64,000 bases of DNA from the human T2T-CHM13v2.0 reference genome, Homo sapiens, in the NCBI RefSeq assembly GCF_009914755.1, contig NC_060927.1; one strand, given 5' to 3'. The position numbers were made by a program, and so were the translations under genes. The notes under the pieces are model-generated. The model was not told the DNA's origin. It saw only the letters and a program-made list of their open reading frames with translations, and ran no database searches. The number at the start of each line of letters is the position of its first letter. Position 1 is the first letter of the stretch. Below, one piece after another: positions 1 to 14,169 of this stretch.

Positions 1-19
1 GTTGCTGAACCCTGGAGTA

Positions 20-140
20 ACCTTGAGAGGCAGAGGCTGAGAGTCATAGCTGCTTGGGGTCTCTGTTTCCCTATCCATAAAATAAGCATGTTGGACAAGT
101 TCATCCCCAGGTCCATTCCACTCAAGCAATCCCAGTTCTA
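20..140 (+). mobile_element. MIR SINE fragment
   Basis: ctctgtttccctatccataaaata...gttggacaag...ccaggtccattcca resembles the MIR core and 3' end; highly diverged. Confidence 0.4.
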
Positions 141-2409
141 CATAGTAGAAACCAGAAGGTGGTCAAAATTTGGTGTGCCAAAAGCTTATAAAATGTATTT
201 CCTGGAAAGACACTCTGAGAATTGGTTTGGTCTCTCCCAACATGTAACCTAGGAGAGACTGTGCTCTAGCTGCCTAACCTTGCTCTAACCAGTGAAACTG
301 GAATTTATTCCCAGTAGAGGCTTATAAAACTGGGCTGTTATTCTCACATTAAGTAGACTGCCCTCTGGTGAGGACTGTGGTTTATGTGTGGGCAGAAGGT
401 GTGGTTTACTACCTCTAATTTGTTTATGTTGTTGATGGTGGTTTCAGAAGAAAGCTGCACCCCTTCACATGCTAAAGAGTGACCGGATTTACTTCCTTTA
501 AAAAAAAAGTGTTTAAAGGTGGGCAGAGACATGAGGGAGCATTAATGTGCCATTGCTAATGGAGGAGCAACTGGGATCCCTGTGACCACAGCTCTGCTTC
601 ATTCAGCTCTGCATGTGAAATGAGAGCCCCAACTTGTTTATTATAATTACCTAAGTGTGGCTTGGTGGCTTTTGGCAGAGATCCTTCTTGCCTCCAAAGG
701 AGAGACCAAAACTCAGGAGCTACACGCTAAAGGAAGGAGGATGGTGTGCATTCTGTAGCAAGGAGGCTATAATTCTAATATATTCTGGGTGAAAATATTC
801 AAAACAACCCCCAAAAGATGAAGATCAAAAAGTAAATGAGATTGAGATCTACCTTCTACCACATGGCAAACAAAGATAGGCATGCAGGAGAACTGGATAA
901 ACAGCGTAAATGTAAGTTCAAATTCATTTTCACAGCTGACTTGATGCAGACCCTTCCCTATTACCACAAAACAGAAGAGCTTTCTTACAGCCAGGAGTCT
1001 TACATAAAGAAAAGAAAATAATTATGCATGTCTGGCAGAAGAGGGAGTTGTAGCAATGGCTTGCTGGTAAAACGGAATATGAGCGAGCAATAGAACACTA
1101 ACTTAACCACACTCTTGGTTTGATAAGAAGCAGAGAGTGCCCAAAAGATTGAAATTTTGTTAGAGTCTCAAAATGTTTTATTTGAAAATGAGCAATGGTC
1201 CTTGTTCTCACAAGGTTTGGTAACTAAAAGACAGCAATAATTTCTCATCTTAAAGAGATTCTGTGGAAAAGAGTCCTTGATTTAGCTAATTTTAGCTTGA
1301 ACTCTACCCCATTGCAAGCACAGTATCTTCAGTGTTAAACAAGTTTAGATGTTGCTAAGGAGTGCAATTTTCTGCCCCCATTCTAAGCTCTAAAGGCCCC
1401 CATATTGAGTTTCCCAATACCACATCATATTAAATGTAAAATCATTCAAAACCACAGAGATGAAGAGAATGTCATTGAAAAACATAAAGGAAGATTTTTT
1501 GCTTTTTTTAAGTATGAGAAAACATTATATATTTTGATTAAAAATGTTTGCAGAAAAATATGAACAGATGTGCTATGCATATGTGTATACATACACCAAA
1601 TAGCACTTATAATTTGAGAGGGGGTAATTTCAACATTGCTAAGTGGTAACACAAGCTAGGTATTTAAGGGAATGATATAATATGACAACTTCATAGACTA
1701 CCAAACTATGTATGGTCTCTGGAAATTGTCATTATCAACATGTACAATAACTAGTAGCATTAGGTGGTCTGTACAGTATCCTTCATGTCTAATTGAGTCA
1801 CACAGTCTAAGACACTTGATGGGCACCAGGCACTGCCTTCTAATGGGAACTGACTTTCAAAAAAAAATGCATTCAGGGCCTCTTCTATATAAATTACTAT
1901 CGTTTGCAGCAAGAGAGAATTATAAATGTTTGCTGGCAAAAACTAAATTTATTTACAAACTGGGTCTAATTTATTTATGGCTGCAGTACAATCGGCTTTT
2001 GTTGAAATATTTATGTTATCTGTACTTCTGCCTCACTAAACTCTACCACAATCATAAACACTGTTGAAAAATTATTTGCAGTTAGCAGGATTTAAGCTAC
2101 CCATTATATCACCAGCTAGTGCCAGTAAACTTTTGCACTGGTTGATAAAGTTTCCTCCGTGGAATAAATATACATTTGACTTTCAAAATCTTTGGTAGGC
2201 TCCATACTATGAAAAGTGAAGGATTAAACAGATGTCCCAGACTTCACTAGTTTTGTGTGAATGCTTCAATTGCACATTCCAATTGAAATTTTGTGGATAG
2301 ACTAGAAAAGTGCACAGATTTAAATCCTTTTCTAGCATTAAAAGAGGAATTCGATGATTGAAGTGTTGAGGTAATAATCTTTGCCAAAGATGCTACTGCT
2401 CAGACTTGA

Positions 2410-2640
2410 ATTCATTTACCCATTCCAAAACATTTATTCAATAAATACCACGTTGTGCCTGGAGCTGTGTAAGTTGCTAAGGATAGAAATAGAGTTGAAT
2501 AAGATAAAATGTCTGCCCTCAAGTAGCTTAAAGTTCAGTAGTGAAGACATAGATGGTAACGTATGTGACAATGAAATAAAATAAGGCCTAAGATGAGGTT
2601 AGGAAAAGTGCTGAGTGCTAAAAGAGTTGAGTATAAGTAA
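2410..2640 (-). mobile_element. L2 LINE 3' fragment
   Basis: attcatttacccattc...catttatt...gtgcctgg...ctgccctcaagtagctta is the usual reverse-strand L2 3' end pattern. Confidence 0.5.
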
Positions 2641-5114
2641 TTCTGCAATTGGGCATGCCAGTCTCGTAGAACCTCTATCCTTAAGTTTGCTAGAACTATA
2701 TATGTACTACATCTTTAAAGAAACCTCTTATTTTGATTATTGGTGGAAACGCAGTTGCCATTCACATTTATTTCTGAGTATCACTAAGCTCTTCATAGTA
2801 ACGTGAGCATCAGAATATTTTGGGGGGATTATCTACCCTCACTGATGCTTCCAAATAACTCATAAAATGATGAAACATTGCCACATGTTCTAAAATGGCA
2901 CGCCCACATTTCCATTACAAAGTAAGCCAACAGAAAACAGCACAGAGTAGTGGGTAGTTCCCATGTCAACTAAATATGTATTTCTGCTTGATCTGCTTCA
3001 CTGAAAAGGGCCCAGAAGTTCTATTGTGAATAGGTAGGACTGCTGTGATACCAGTGAAACTCCCACCAGCCTACAAATGATCCAAACCACAATATTTACC
3101 TTCCAGCTAGAATTGAAAGTTATTCCAAACTGACCAGAGATAGTCCTGATGGATCTCAGAACAGTGATGTATTCAAACGAGGACTGGCCAGAGCACCCTG
3201 GAACCTCCAGTGGCATGGCACCAATCTGGAGTAGGAGTTCTTAGAGAAGTGTCAGTACTATTGTCTTCTGGTGTCTTACACTACCCACCAGATAATGAAT
3301 TTTTCTCAAATAATTTCTACCTATGTATACAATAATCAAAGTAACTTAACAAAAAGCCAAAGTAGCAAAATTCATTTTGAGAGCTGTATTTATTTGATGG
3401 GGGAAAAAAGATCTCAAAAAAGGAGCTTTTCATTCATCAAGGTGCTTTGTAAAAAAGAATACCCAAAACTCACATATTTGGAGCTTCATATTTAGTAATA
3501 TAATCATAAAATATTTTGCTGTCCACTTATATCAACATGATATAAAACAACTCTTACTTAGATCCAGGTGTTATTCACTAGAATAAACAATATCTCAGTG
3601 ATTTTTTTGGTGTTTTGCTGATTTTTTTATGAGTTTATTCTGGTAAACCTTCTTTAACTGCTTGTTCTAACAGACTATAGCTATGCTAATTAAGTTACAT
3701 AAAATCTTCTGGCATCATATTGCTTAAACCTCAGGATAATCAATTGAAATAGATATTTCAATAGCATTGTAGAATCTCAGAGCTAAAGAAAGCAAGAAAA
3801 TTTTCAATTTATTCATCTAAACACCTAAAATTCTTACTAACTTAAATATATTGTGGATAAAGCCATGTAAATCTATACGAACCATGACTGCTCATGAGAA
3901 AAAATTATAACTGTTATAATTCTATCAAAAGCACATAATGTTAAGAAAATCTACTGGAGACAGGAAAGATACCTGAAGTCTATAGAATACACAATAATTT
4001 AACAGGCTTTTGCTATTGTTGCTTTGTTGTTTTGTTGCTGTTGTTGTATTAATATGTCTACTTCATTCAAGTTTTTAATACTCATCACCACTATTAAATC
4101 TTAACAACTATGATCCAACATATGCCACAAAACATTAATCATTTAGCCAACAAGACTTCTACATGTAAATCACCATGAGGGGGTCACAAAAAAGAATAAA
4201 GTGAAATTGCTGATTTCAAAGGACTTACAATCTTGTTGGGGAGATAAGGCAAATGCCCAGGAGGATTTAACTTATGTAATATAAGGCTGCATTAAATAGA
4301 GTCAAGTGAATGGCACAGAAAATGACCTCAATGATCAACTCTAAAAGTGATATTCCATTTTTTTAAGAGAAAGCTGAAGTGAATGCTGGCTAGAAATTCT
4401 AGTTGTGATGAAGGCAGATAATCAAGAGGATTGTGAAACAAAGGGGTATAGACTGTGGCCAAGCCTTGGAGAGGTAATGACTTTAAATTGGATTGAGTTT
4501 ATCATATTTGCAGAGGTACGGCAGACACAGAAGAAAGGATTAGAGTGATTTCCACTTTCTATTATTTGACATAATGAGAAAACAGAGGGTGGTCCACATC
4601 TCTGGTACATATTATGAGCCATAGGAGATGCTTAACATGTCAGGTTTTGGTAGCATTGAACTCTTCTAAATAAACATATTTATTTGGACATAGTTAAGTC
4701 AAAACAAGTCACCTGGAAAAAAGGTTACAGGTCATTAATTTGCATAGTACAAAGGATTTATGAATTTTTAAATTAACCCTCCTGGATCTCGACACCATTT
4801 CAAAGAGTAGGGCATATCTGCATTTTTCTTCAAAGTTTAGATAGCTTAAAGGGTCAAATGAAAATGCTTGGCTGATGAAAAACCAGCTGAGCCAATTTGC
4901 TTTTTTCTAGATGGAAAAGAAGTGTATTATAAATTCTTCCAAGAAACAGCATTATATACATCAGGTCAAATATATATACAAAACAAATGAGCAAATAAAC
5001 AACTGCAACAAAGTTGCATAAATATTTGGTGAGTCACAAAAAGATCATGCACACTCCAAATTCAAGAGAGCCCAAGTATGAAAGATGATTAAAGCACACC
5101 TCCACTGAAACTCC

Positions 5115-5232
5115 ACTAGACTATAAGGGGATGAGGGCAGGGAGCATGGGTGCCTGTTTCACTGCCGAATCCCCAGGATCCAGCAATGTTTCTAGTTCAT
5201 TACAATGATTCAATGTGATTGTGTTGAGTTGA
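5115..5232 (+). mobile_element. L2 3' end fragment
   Basis: ctagactataag...gagggcaggga...gtttcactgccgaatcccca...gttgagttgaa matches the L2 terminus. Confidence 0.45.
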
Positions 5233-5739
5233 AAACATCAGCCAAAGCAAACCAATTTTACTGAAATTGGCTGGTACCTTTTTCTCCTTCTCTAAATTGG
5301 GAAGTTCTAACATAAATGTTCAAAAGGCATTACACAAATTGTGTCCTTAGTCTGCTTAAAGGTACGGTAAAAATGCCCCACTGAAGAAAGGGAAAGTGAC
5401 TACTAAATTTACACACACTCATATGTGCACACATAAACACACACTCCAAATGCTCAAGATACTGATAGATTAACAACCAAACACAGTCAATTCAGAGTTT
5501 ATATCATGTCCTCTTCACATTGCAACCTTTTCAAACAAATTTGTTTTTCTTTTAAAAGAAAAAAGGAATAAAAAACAAACAAAAAGTCTCTACATGGATA
5601 ATCCATATTTATGTCCTTTTCTCAAGACTTTTACTAAGTTCTTCAGGAAGAAGAACAGTAAACCAGTGTCAAATATTACCAACTAAATTTGTTTCCACCA
5701 ACATTTGCAGCAGCACCTGCCATGAACTAGCCATACCTT

Positions 5740-5890
5740 ATAGATTGTAAAACATAAGCTTCATGAGGATAGGGACCCTGTGTGTTTTCTTCACTGGTGC
5801 CTTTGCAGCACCAAGCATAGTGTCTGGTACATAGCAAAGGTTCAATAAACAAATAAATATAAAATTTGTTAAATAAATAAATATAAAAAT
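5740..5890 (+). mobile_element. L2 3' end fragment
   Basis: tagattgtaa...gcttcatgaggatagggaccctgtg...agcatagtgtctggtacatagc...tcaataaa. Confidence 0.55.
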
Positions 5891-6256
5891 GGAAGAATAC
5901 AGAAATGAGCCTTAAGGAGTCCAGAAACTATAGAAGCTATCCCCAAACCAGGCTGTGCCTCTGAATTCCATATGAAGCTTATTTTAAAAAGTACTAATTA
6001 TATGGCATTTCTAGAATTAGTGATAAAGAATTCTTACTGACCTGATAGAATCATTTTTCATAACATCTGCAGCTTCCTGTTCTATAGTATGAATTTACAA
6101 TATCACAAGAAATTCAAATAATCTATAAACCATAGATCCAAGCCAATTCCTGTTTAAACCAGAAGAACACAATGGGTTCAAGTCCACCAAACTAGTTATA
6201 TAACCCCAGAAAATTCTCTTAATGTATTTGAGCCTCAGTTTCTTTATTCATATTTG

Positions 6257-6575
6257 ATGCTGTCATATATGGTACCCAGGAGTCACATATGACAATAGAG
6301 CACATGACTTGTGGCTATTTCCAATTGGGATGTGCTGTAATTTTTAAAAATATAAATCAGATTTCAAACACTTGATACAACAAGTAAAATATCCTGTTGA
6401 TAATTTTTGTCTATTGATTACATGCTGAAATAATATAATTTTGGATACACTATGTTAAATAAAACATATTAGTAAAATTAATTTTACCTGTTTTGTTTTA
6501 CCTGCTTTAATGTGACTACTAGAAAATTTAAAATTACTATGTGGCTCACATTTGTATTTCCATAAGACAACACTG
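6257..6575 (-). mobile_element. MER33-like hAT-Charlie non-autonomous DNA transposon
   Basis: Reverse complement starts cagtgttgtcttatggaaatacaaatgtgagccacatagtaattttaaattttctagtagtcacatt and stays collinear with the MER33 consensus for about 320 bp. Confidence 0.75.
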
Positions 6576-6617
6576 GTTTTCAAAATATGACACCAAGTTA
6601 TATTAAGAATTAGAATA

Positions 6618-6918
6618 GCAAGGCATGGTGGCTCACGCCTGTAATCCCAGCACTTTGGGAGGCCCAGGTGGGTGGATCACTTGAGGTCTGGAGTTCGAGA
6701 CCAGTGTGACAAACCTGGTGAAGACTGTCACTACTAAAAAAAATACAAAAACTAGCTGGGTGTGGTGGTGCATGCCTGTAATCTCAGCTACTCAGGAGGC
6801 TGAGGTAGGAGAATTGCATGAACCCAGGAGGCGCATGTTGCAGTGAGCAGAGATCAAGGCACTGCACTCCAGCCTGGGTGACAGAGTGAGACTTCATCTC
6901 AAAAAAAAATAAATAAAT
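6618..6918 (+). mobile_element. Full-length Alu (AluS/J age)
   Basis: Two arms, A-rich linker and A tail; TSD aagaattagaata (6605-6617) / aagaatcagaata (6919-6931). Confidence 0.95.
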
Positions 6919-9019
6919 AAGAATCAGAATAAATGATGCTCTTGAGCATCTTTTGTAAGCTTTAGAGTAATATACAAATGCCAAAAGTTATTAAGTGACA
7001 GATCTAAAATGTCATTGTCTTTCAGGTCTACCTGCACTCAGCTAGCAAAAGATTATGAAATGGTTCATGATCAATTCATTCTCCACCACTCCCCTATTAA
7101 TAAATCTCTCAATAAACACTTGTTGAAACCAAATGTAGAACAAGATCAACATAGTCATTGACATGGTACAAAAAGATGAGCTAATTCCGCAACACTCCCC
7201 TGCCATAGTTTCTGTGACGATGCAGGAAACAGCTTGGGCTAAACAACGTTGGAGGAAGGTTTACATTTGTAAGAGGCATTATTGGCCAATGAACAATGAG
7301 CAATATTTAATGATAGACGATGAAAACCTATTCCATTATTTCAGCCCAAAGTGCAGGATATGAGGGAAGTCATAAGATTAACCTATCTCTTTCCCTATAT
7401 CTTGGATAAGGCAGTTCAATTCCTCCCACAAATATCCCATTCCATCACTTCAAAAACAATGTGTGCTTTGAAACACCTGGCAAAGAAAAGAACATGAAGA
7501 ACTTTCTTGATGCTCTTCCATTGCTATGGTGCAGTTGGTGAACCTCCAAAAACCTTAGCTGACGAATGAACATGAGACAGATATTCCCAGAGTGTGTATA
7601 CATGACACGACCTTGATAACATTCTCAAGAGTTTTAAATTCAGTTAGGTTCAGAGATAGGCAAACCCCACCCAGCATTCTCCCAAAGTTCTATTATATGA
7701 AAGTGAGGAGTAGAAAGGATTCCTCTGTGGGTAAAAAGGTTGAATTGTCATGGGCAGCTCATTCTGAGCTTTTACCAGGTCATGCCTCTAGACATTTTAT
7801 GAATATTAATTGATGTATTACTGCAATGTAAGGCAGTTGCTAACCTAACATTCCAGCCTTTGTTCCAAGCCTTGTATCATTTTCTTCTGGGCTGTTGATT
7901 TTGGAGTGGCTGTGTAATCCTAGTGAACTGCTAGCAAAGAGTGATCAATCAACACTTTGAAAGCTTCTGGTTCATCCCAATACCTGGGATGAGCTTTGAT
8001 AAATGATATTCTTGGGACTGTGTGAAATTTACATTGTAGAAGTAGTTAAATACATGTGGAAACATGGCAGGCTATTGTTTTTGTTATTTATTTATATTTA
8101 AACAAAATCTTTTGTTTGCAACAAATCCTCACTTGGTCCAAGATTATTCTGCTGCAAACTCAAGTCACTACATTTCTATATGCACGAACATTAGTGCTCT
8201 CTCTATGGATTTAAAGATTGCCACTCATTTATACACATTTGGGGGCACATAAATAATAATATAAATAGAAAAATGTTCTACATCCCATTTTAAAAACCTG
8301 GATAAAGGGATTGAAGAACATATCATACACTTGTTCATGGATGAGTACTAAATTTATCTCCCAATAACACTTTATCCTGGGTCATCAAGATTGACATTCA
8401 TTTTAGAAAAATGTAGGAGGGTTAGAGTTCTTCAACCTTCTTCACAAAAATCAGCCACATCTTTTTGAGGACCTCACAAAGTTCTTTTGTGACTGGTCAC
8501 AGTCAATGTGCCCATCTATTTTGTGTCCATATATATCCTCTGGAATGCGGCTTCCCTGTGTTGTTTTCTTTGTCAGCCTTCTGATCTTCTCCATTCTCTG
8601 CTCCTGGTGAGGGCCTCCAACTGTTCTGAGAGCTGTAGAGAGAGCAGTGAGCAAGACCAACAATACTCCTGCTCCTGTGAACCTTACTGCTTGATGGGTA
8701 GAGGAGGAAACTAAACCAACACACACATAGAGAACATCAGAAAGTCTTAGGTGCTCAGCAGAAAAAGCAGGGTGAAATGTATGTGCGGGTGGCTACTTCA
8801 GGTATGGAAGGCCTTGCTAAAGAGGCAGCATTGAGGATTTACACATTGAAACCCTTTCAGATCCCATTTAGGTGTCATCTCATCTGTTAAGGGTTCCCAC
8901 TCTCCATGTTCATCATCTCCTCAAGCTCCAGAGTGAGTTCCTTGCTTTATGGATCACAAAGTACATAAAACGTACCTCAAAACATATCCTTTTGTCAATT
9001 GCCTGTTGCTATTAGAGTG

Positions 9020-9145
9020 AGTTTTATTTATGTCCATCTCCTCGTTTTGATTTCCAGTGACTTTAGGGCAAGGGCTGTGTTTCATTTACCTTTATATCTT
9101 CCCTCAGTGGCTGTAAATACACTAGATGCTCAAATTCAAATTGAG
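9020..9145 (+). mobile_element. L2 3' end fragment
   Basis: agggcaagggctgtgtttcatttacctttatatc...tagatgctcaa. Confidence 0.4.
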
Positions 9146-9156
9146 CCAACTTTTAC

Positions 9157-9193
9157 GCACATGTACCCTAGAACTGAAAGTGTAATACAAAAA
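9157..9193 (+). mobile_element. Extremely 5'-truncated primate L1 3' tip
   Basis: gcacatgtaccctagaactgaaagtgtaatacaaaaa matches the L1PA terminus also seen at 28004-28040. Confidence 0.65.
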
Positions 9194-11319
9194 TGTTAAT
9201 TATGAGGAGTTTCGTTTTTGAAAGCTGTACTTTGTACCTCACTTAGCTCTGAATCTGACAGATTTCAAAGGAAGCTCTCATTTACAAAAGTCATTGCCAC
9301 CACGGGAAGAGGTATTTTCTAGAATTGTAGACTACTGACCATTCAGAATGCTTGCCCAAGTAAGTGACGTGTCAACTTTTCTTCTAGAAGAAGTTAAAGT
9401 TGGAAAACAATGATCTCTTCCAATACTTTTTAGATAATTACCCCTTGGTCCAAAAACAGAATTCTCAAGCTTGCTGCTTGCAAATGTGCCCCAGAAGTGA
9501 GAATTTTGTAGTTGAAAAAGAATCAGAAAGAGAAGCTTTTGATAAATAAACCAGAGTACTGAGCTAAACCTTGTACAACACAAGCTAGATTTCAAAGTAG
9601 ATGGTGAGAATGAGCCTAGAGTTTGAAAATTCTGCCAGAAAGTTTTGTTTTATGTTTTTGTGGAGTTTTTTAAAGAAACATTTTGCTTTTTTGTTCTGGA
9701 CTTGAAGATTGTGCTCAATACAGTTTTTCTTCCTTTAAGTGACACCTATTAAAAGAGAAAAGTAAATTGTTCAAATAGAAGAATTAATAAGACAAATAAA
9801 TGCCCTTTTCTGAAGAATCTAAATTTTCTTACTTGGGATCTGATTATGAAATTCCAATTATAAATAAACTCCCAACCCCTTACCCAAAAAAGGAATGTCT
9901 CCAAGTTTAGACTGAGGTAGGATAAATACTCCACATTCTATTCCAAATACCAAGAACAAGGTAGGTATTTTCCCTGCTGCTTCCTTACCCTGAAATTTGA
10001 CGTTCATTTTAATGATGCTTACTTTATTACTTGTCAGAAAAGTGAAATGGCCTGTCAATTTTATGGAGTTTCTCCTACCTTTCAAATGATTATATTACAT
10101 TTTGAAATAAGTGTATAGCTCCCACCTCCTTTTTTTAACCTAAATGGTTCATGTGTGGGTTTGGTACTTGGCTACGAGTGGAATGAAATCATAATTTCAG
10201 GAGTCCAAAAGAATAGATCAAAATCATGCCAACACTTTCATGGATGGATATATGCTGCTAAATGGATGTTTACCTAGAAAAGTCATCATCTGGCATGCAA
10301 CAGAGTGAATGTTTCTAAGCAGCTAACTCATGTATACTAAACAAATTTGGCTTGGCTGCTGTGAGAGCTGCCCTTTGGAAATTCTCAACATACATTTGTT
10401 TGATTGAGCCGTCATTCCCAGTTGATCTGCTGATGATCTGTGTCACTTTGTTTAAATGTCCTGGTGTGGTTTTCTATATATATACAGTGAAAAGCCAGTA
10501 TGTTTCTGTGATGGATTAAATAGAGGTGAAATTCGAGAGTGACTCCTGTTTTTGATTCCTGCATTCTCAGACAGGTGGGTCTGGAATGATCAAGAATGTC
10601 ACATTCAAACACAGGGGAAAATATGGAGCCCTTTTGATTTAAAACACATTACCGTAAAGATATATTTGCTACTGTGTTCTCCTAGTACCAGAAGCTATTT
10701 AGGATTTCCCACCTAAACAAACACCATATGGGTTAATTCTCAGCATCCTTTTCAGATATCCAGAAACAGGGGACACAAAACTCACTGCTTGGAAATGCAA
10801 TCTAAGAGAAGCAAACAAGGCTCATTGCTGATGTATGGATTCAGAAATCAAATGCAAGGTCAGGCTAGAACTGAAGCTCCAGATCTCAAATATCCCAGTA
10901 ATGGTTCAGATGGAAACCCAACACCACAGTGCCATACCCTGTCTGAGGCACTAATCAAGCGACTGCCTGTTTGCTCCGTGGTTAAAGCACTTCCTGCAGC
11001 TAATCTTCCTAGATAGGCTCTCAGCTTTAATAACCTATGGGGTCTGCTGTTAAGTGCCGGGATCTGGGCACCATCAGCGTTGATGTCTCCACTCTGCCAA
11101 ACCCCAGACAGCACGTGATGCTCACGTAATCCCTCCCCTTAGCTTCCATGGATGCAGTAGACAAGGGCCTGCCTTAAGCTAGGTTCCCCTACTCAAAAAA
11201 CATACAGCCCTGATCAACCTGCTGTCATACCTGAAATTCTCCCACCCCCACCCCTGACCCACTTAGCATTGTTTCTCTGGGCTAAGGTAAAATCATCTCC
11301 AAGAGTTCTGACCATTAAT

Positions 11320-12060
11320 CGTTTATTCATTTCCATTTACATTTAAAAACCTACTATGGACTACACAGACACTGAATGTGGACTTTGGAAACCAAAATAC
11401 CTGGCCTCATTCTTGGCTTCACAGAGCAACATTTCAGTAGAGAAGGAAGACATGCAAACAAAACATAGTACCCACGATCAACGAACTATGTCCAAGGTTC
11501 AGTGGAGAGAGGGAATTAATTCTGTCTTAGGGTAGAAATGGCTAGGGAAGGCTGTCAAGAAGTGGCCACACCCAAGAAGGGAAGAATAAGCTGAAGAAGA
11601 AAGGTGGCTTTGAAGGTGTTTCCCAGAGAAAAGATGAGGGAAAAAAAGACCCTACTAGAAAGAAGAGAGGACATATCTAAAGGTATGAAAAGTATGAAAG
11701 AGCTTAGCATGTGCATGAGACTAAGCATTCCTCAGTATTGTCTGACTTATAGTGAGAAATAGAGTAGGTGCACATGCAGAGAAAGAGGCAGTGAGGATCC
11801 AAACAATCAAAGGATTCATGCCATACCCTAGAGCTTGGCCTTCCTCCTATTGTCAATATGGAAAATGGAAAGATCAGAACTGGATATTAGCATGATCACT
11901 CTGATTCAAAAAAGAGGAGAAATTTAAAATTGGCAGAAAGCAGATGGACCAGTCAGAGGCTGTTTCAGTAGTCCATGACAGAAATCATGAGAGCTTAAAA
12001 AAGGGGCTGTGATGCTGGAGGATGAAGAATAACAGGGAGAGATTTAGGAAGTAAAGAGAG
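11320..12060 (-). mobile_element. Long diverged L2 fragment
   Basis: tttattcatt...cctactatg start, followed by purine-rich L2-like blocks (gatcactctg, gaggctgtttcagtagtcca, gagatttaggaagtaaa). Confidence 0.5.
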
Positions 12061-12204
12061 TCCAATAAGGGAGTGGAACGGGGATAAAATAAACTTCAAT
12101 GAGCTCATATACTATGTCATGAGTTAATTTATCAGTGATAGGTAAAGTTGGCCACTCCCAGGAACTGGGACACATATGGGGGCTGAGGACACAGATAGAG
12201 AGAA

Positions 12205-12250
12205 GATTGGAATACTGAACAACGAAGTGATTAGAATACTGAACAATGAA
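12205..12250. repeat. 24-bp tandem duplication
   Basis: gattggaatactgaacaacgaagt / gattagaatactgaacaatgaa. Confidence 0.8.
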
Positions 12251-12425
12251 TCAGGAGCCCTGAGCCCCTGGGAGGCAATCATAGAGCCCTGGGCCATCTA
12301 GACAGTAATGAGGCTGCAGAACCAACAGGCTTTTCCCTTGCTTGAAGGAAACCTGGAGATCAGAAGATCAGCATGGGGATGGTAGGAAAAAAATTTCATT
12401 CTTACATGTACAAATAGAAAAAATA

Positions 12426-12756
<331 letters not shown>

Positions 12757-14169
12757 CTAACTCAGGTACTGCCTTCACAAAGTGTTTGCCAGGTACACAC
12801 CCCTTTCCTTGCTCAGTGTTGCCTGAAGTGGTATTCCTCAGGAAAGGCTCCAAAACCACTCCTGACCTCAGCAGTTTTGATAGGCACTTATTAAGCAAAA
12901 TTCAACTTACATGTTATTTATTCCTACTGTTGAGAACTTTGAGAGAAAAAAAGTGGCTTAATGTCAAGAAAAGTAATTTGTTAAGATGATTTTTAAAACT
13001 CATTCAGTGCATATGCAGGAAATCCTGCAAAATCAACATTCTCTATACAGCGTTCTTCCCTGCTTATCCTCCCATCCCAGAACTCTAAATCCCCAGAGCA
13101 CAGTACTGGGTGGCTCCCCAGCCCACAGGTCCCTCAGCCTATGTGCCTTCTTCCCCAAAGGAGATCTGATCCTTCCCCAAATTAATGTTTTGTATTATTT
13201 ACTTGTGTATTTTCTTGATGGAAAAAATATAGAAAAGGGAAAACAGACAGAGGGTAGAAGTTGGGTTTTATTTATTATGGTTTAACATTATTTATGATTA
13301 TTGTAATTTAGGTCCAACATCCCAAGAGTCTCATTGTAATGGGTGCAATAGACACCAATAAAATAGTGTCACAGAGCACATACATATATTCTTCTACTTC
13401 CTTTTTTTACAAGACGTATTTTCTCTATGCACACAAAGCAAATCCTGTCAAATTGCAATATACTTCTAGGCATTCTGTTTTGGATTTTCATTTTAAGAAA
13501 TATAAAAGGAAGAATGAACTGCAAGACACTTATTTATTTTATGGACTTATTTGCACCATCGAAAAGAGAATGACGATAAATCCCTTTTAGGGAGGGCTTG
13601 TGTTTACCACTTCATAGCCATTGAAAGTAAATAAAATAATATGGAATAAAATAAAAACAAGATGGCAGGGGCTCTATATTAATAAGCCCAAGTGATTAAA
13701 ACACAGATCAAACAATAAGCTTCTTTTCTATTTTGGGTTTTGAAATTTAGTAATTCTATTAACCCTCTGAAACATAAAAAGACAAATTTTAAGTATATTT
13801 TCTTAACTGATGAACATAATAAAATTTAGATTTATAAGTTTGGTTATTAGTGTACATGCACTTAGTTCTAACTCAGTCCCTGGTTTCCTGAGAAAACCCA
13901 AAATGGAAGATAGATAAAAATTTACATATTTGGCTGCCAAATATTTTTGCTTGGGAACTGAGAGACCAAATCAGTCATTGTTGAGCAACCCAGTCTCACA
14001 GAGGACTCTCTGGCAGTCTGGCTCTGAGATCATATTGCGATAAATGCTTTTCTATAGAACTAGACCCTATTCTAATTCAAGAGTTTTAAAATTTTTTTAA
14101 ATAGCTAAGAGCCAAATTTCTTCCTAGATTAAAAAAAATAGTTTGAAAAAAGTTGCTAAGGATATAAGA

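Noticed and set aside
7972-7992. 8-bp hairpin tcatccca/tgggatga and other short palindromes (e.g. near 58795)
   Set aside because: Too short for a pre-miRNA, expected by chance, and not at a junction
9323-9365. Plus-strand mini-exon (ttttctag...caa|gtaagt)
   Set aside because: Short pyrimidine tract, no supporting partner exons, opposite to the inferred host strand
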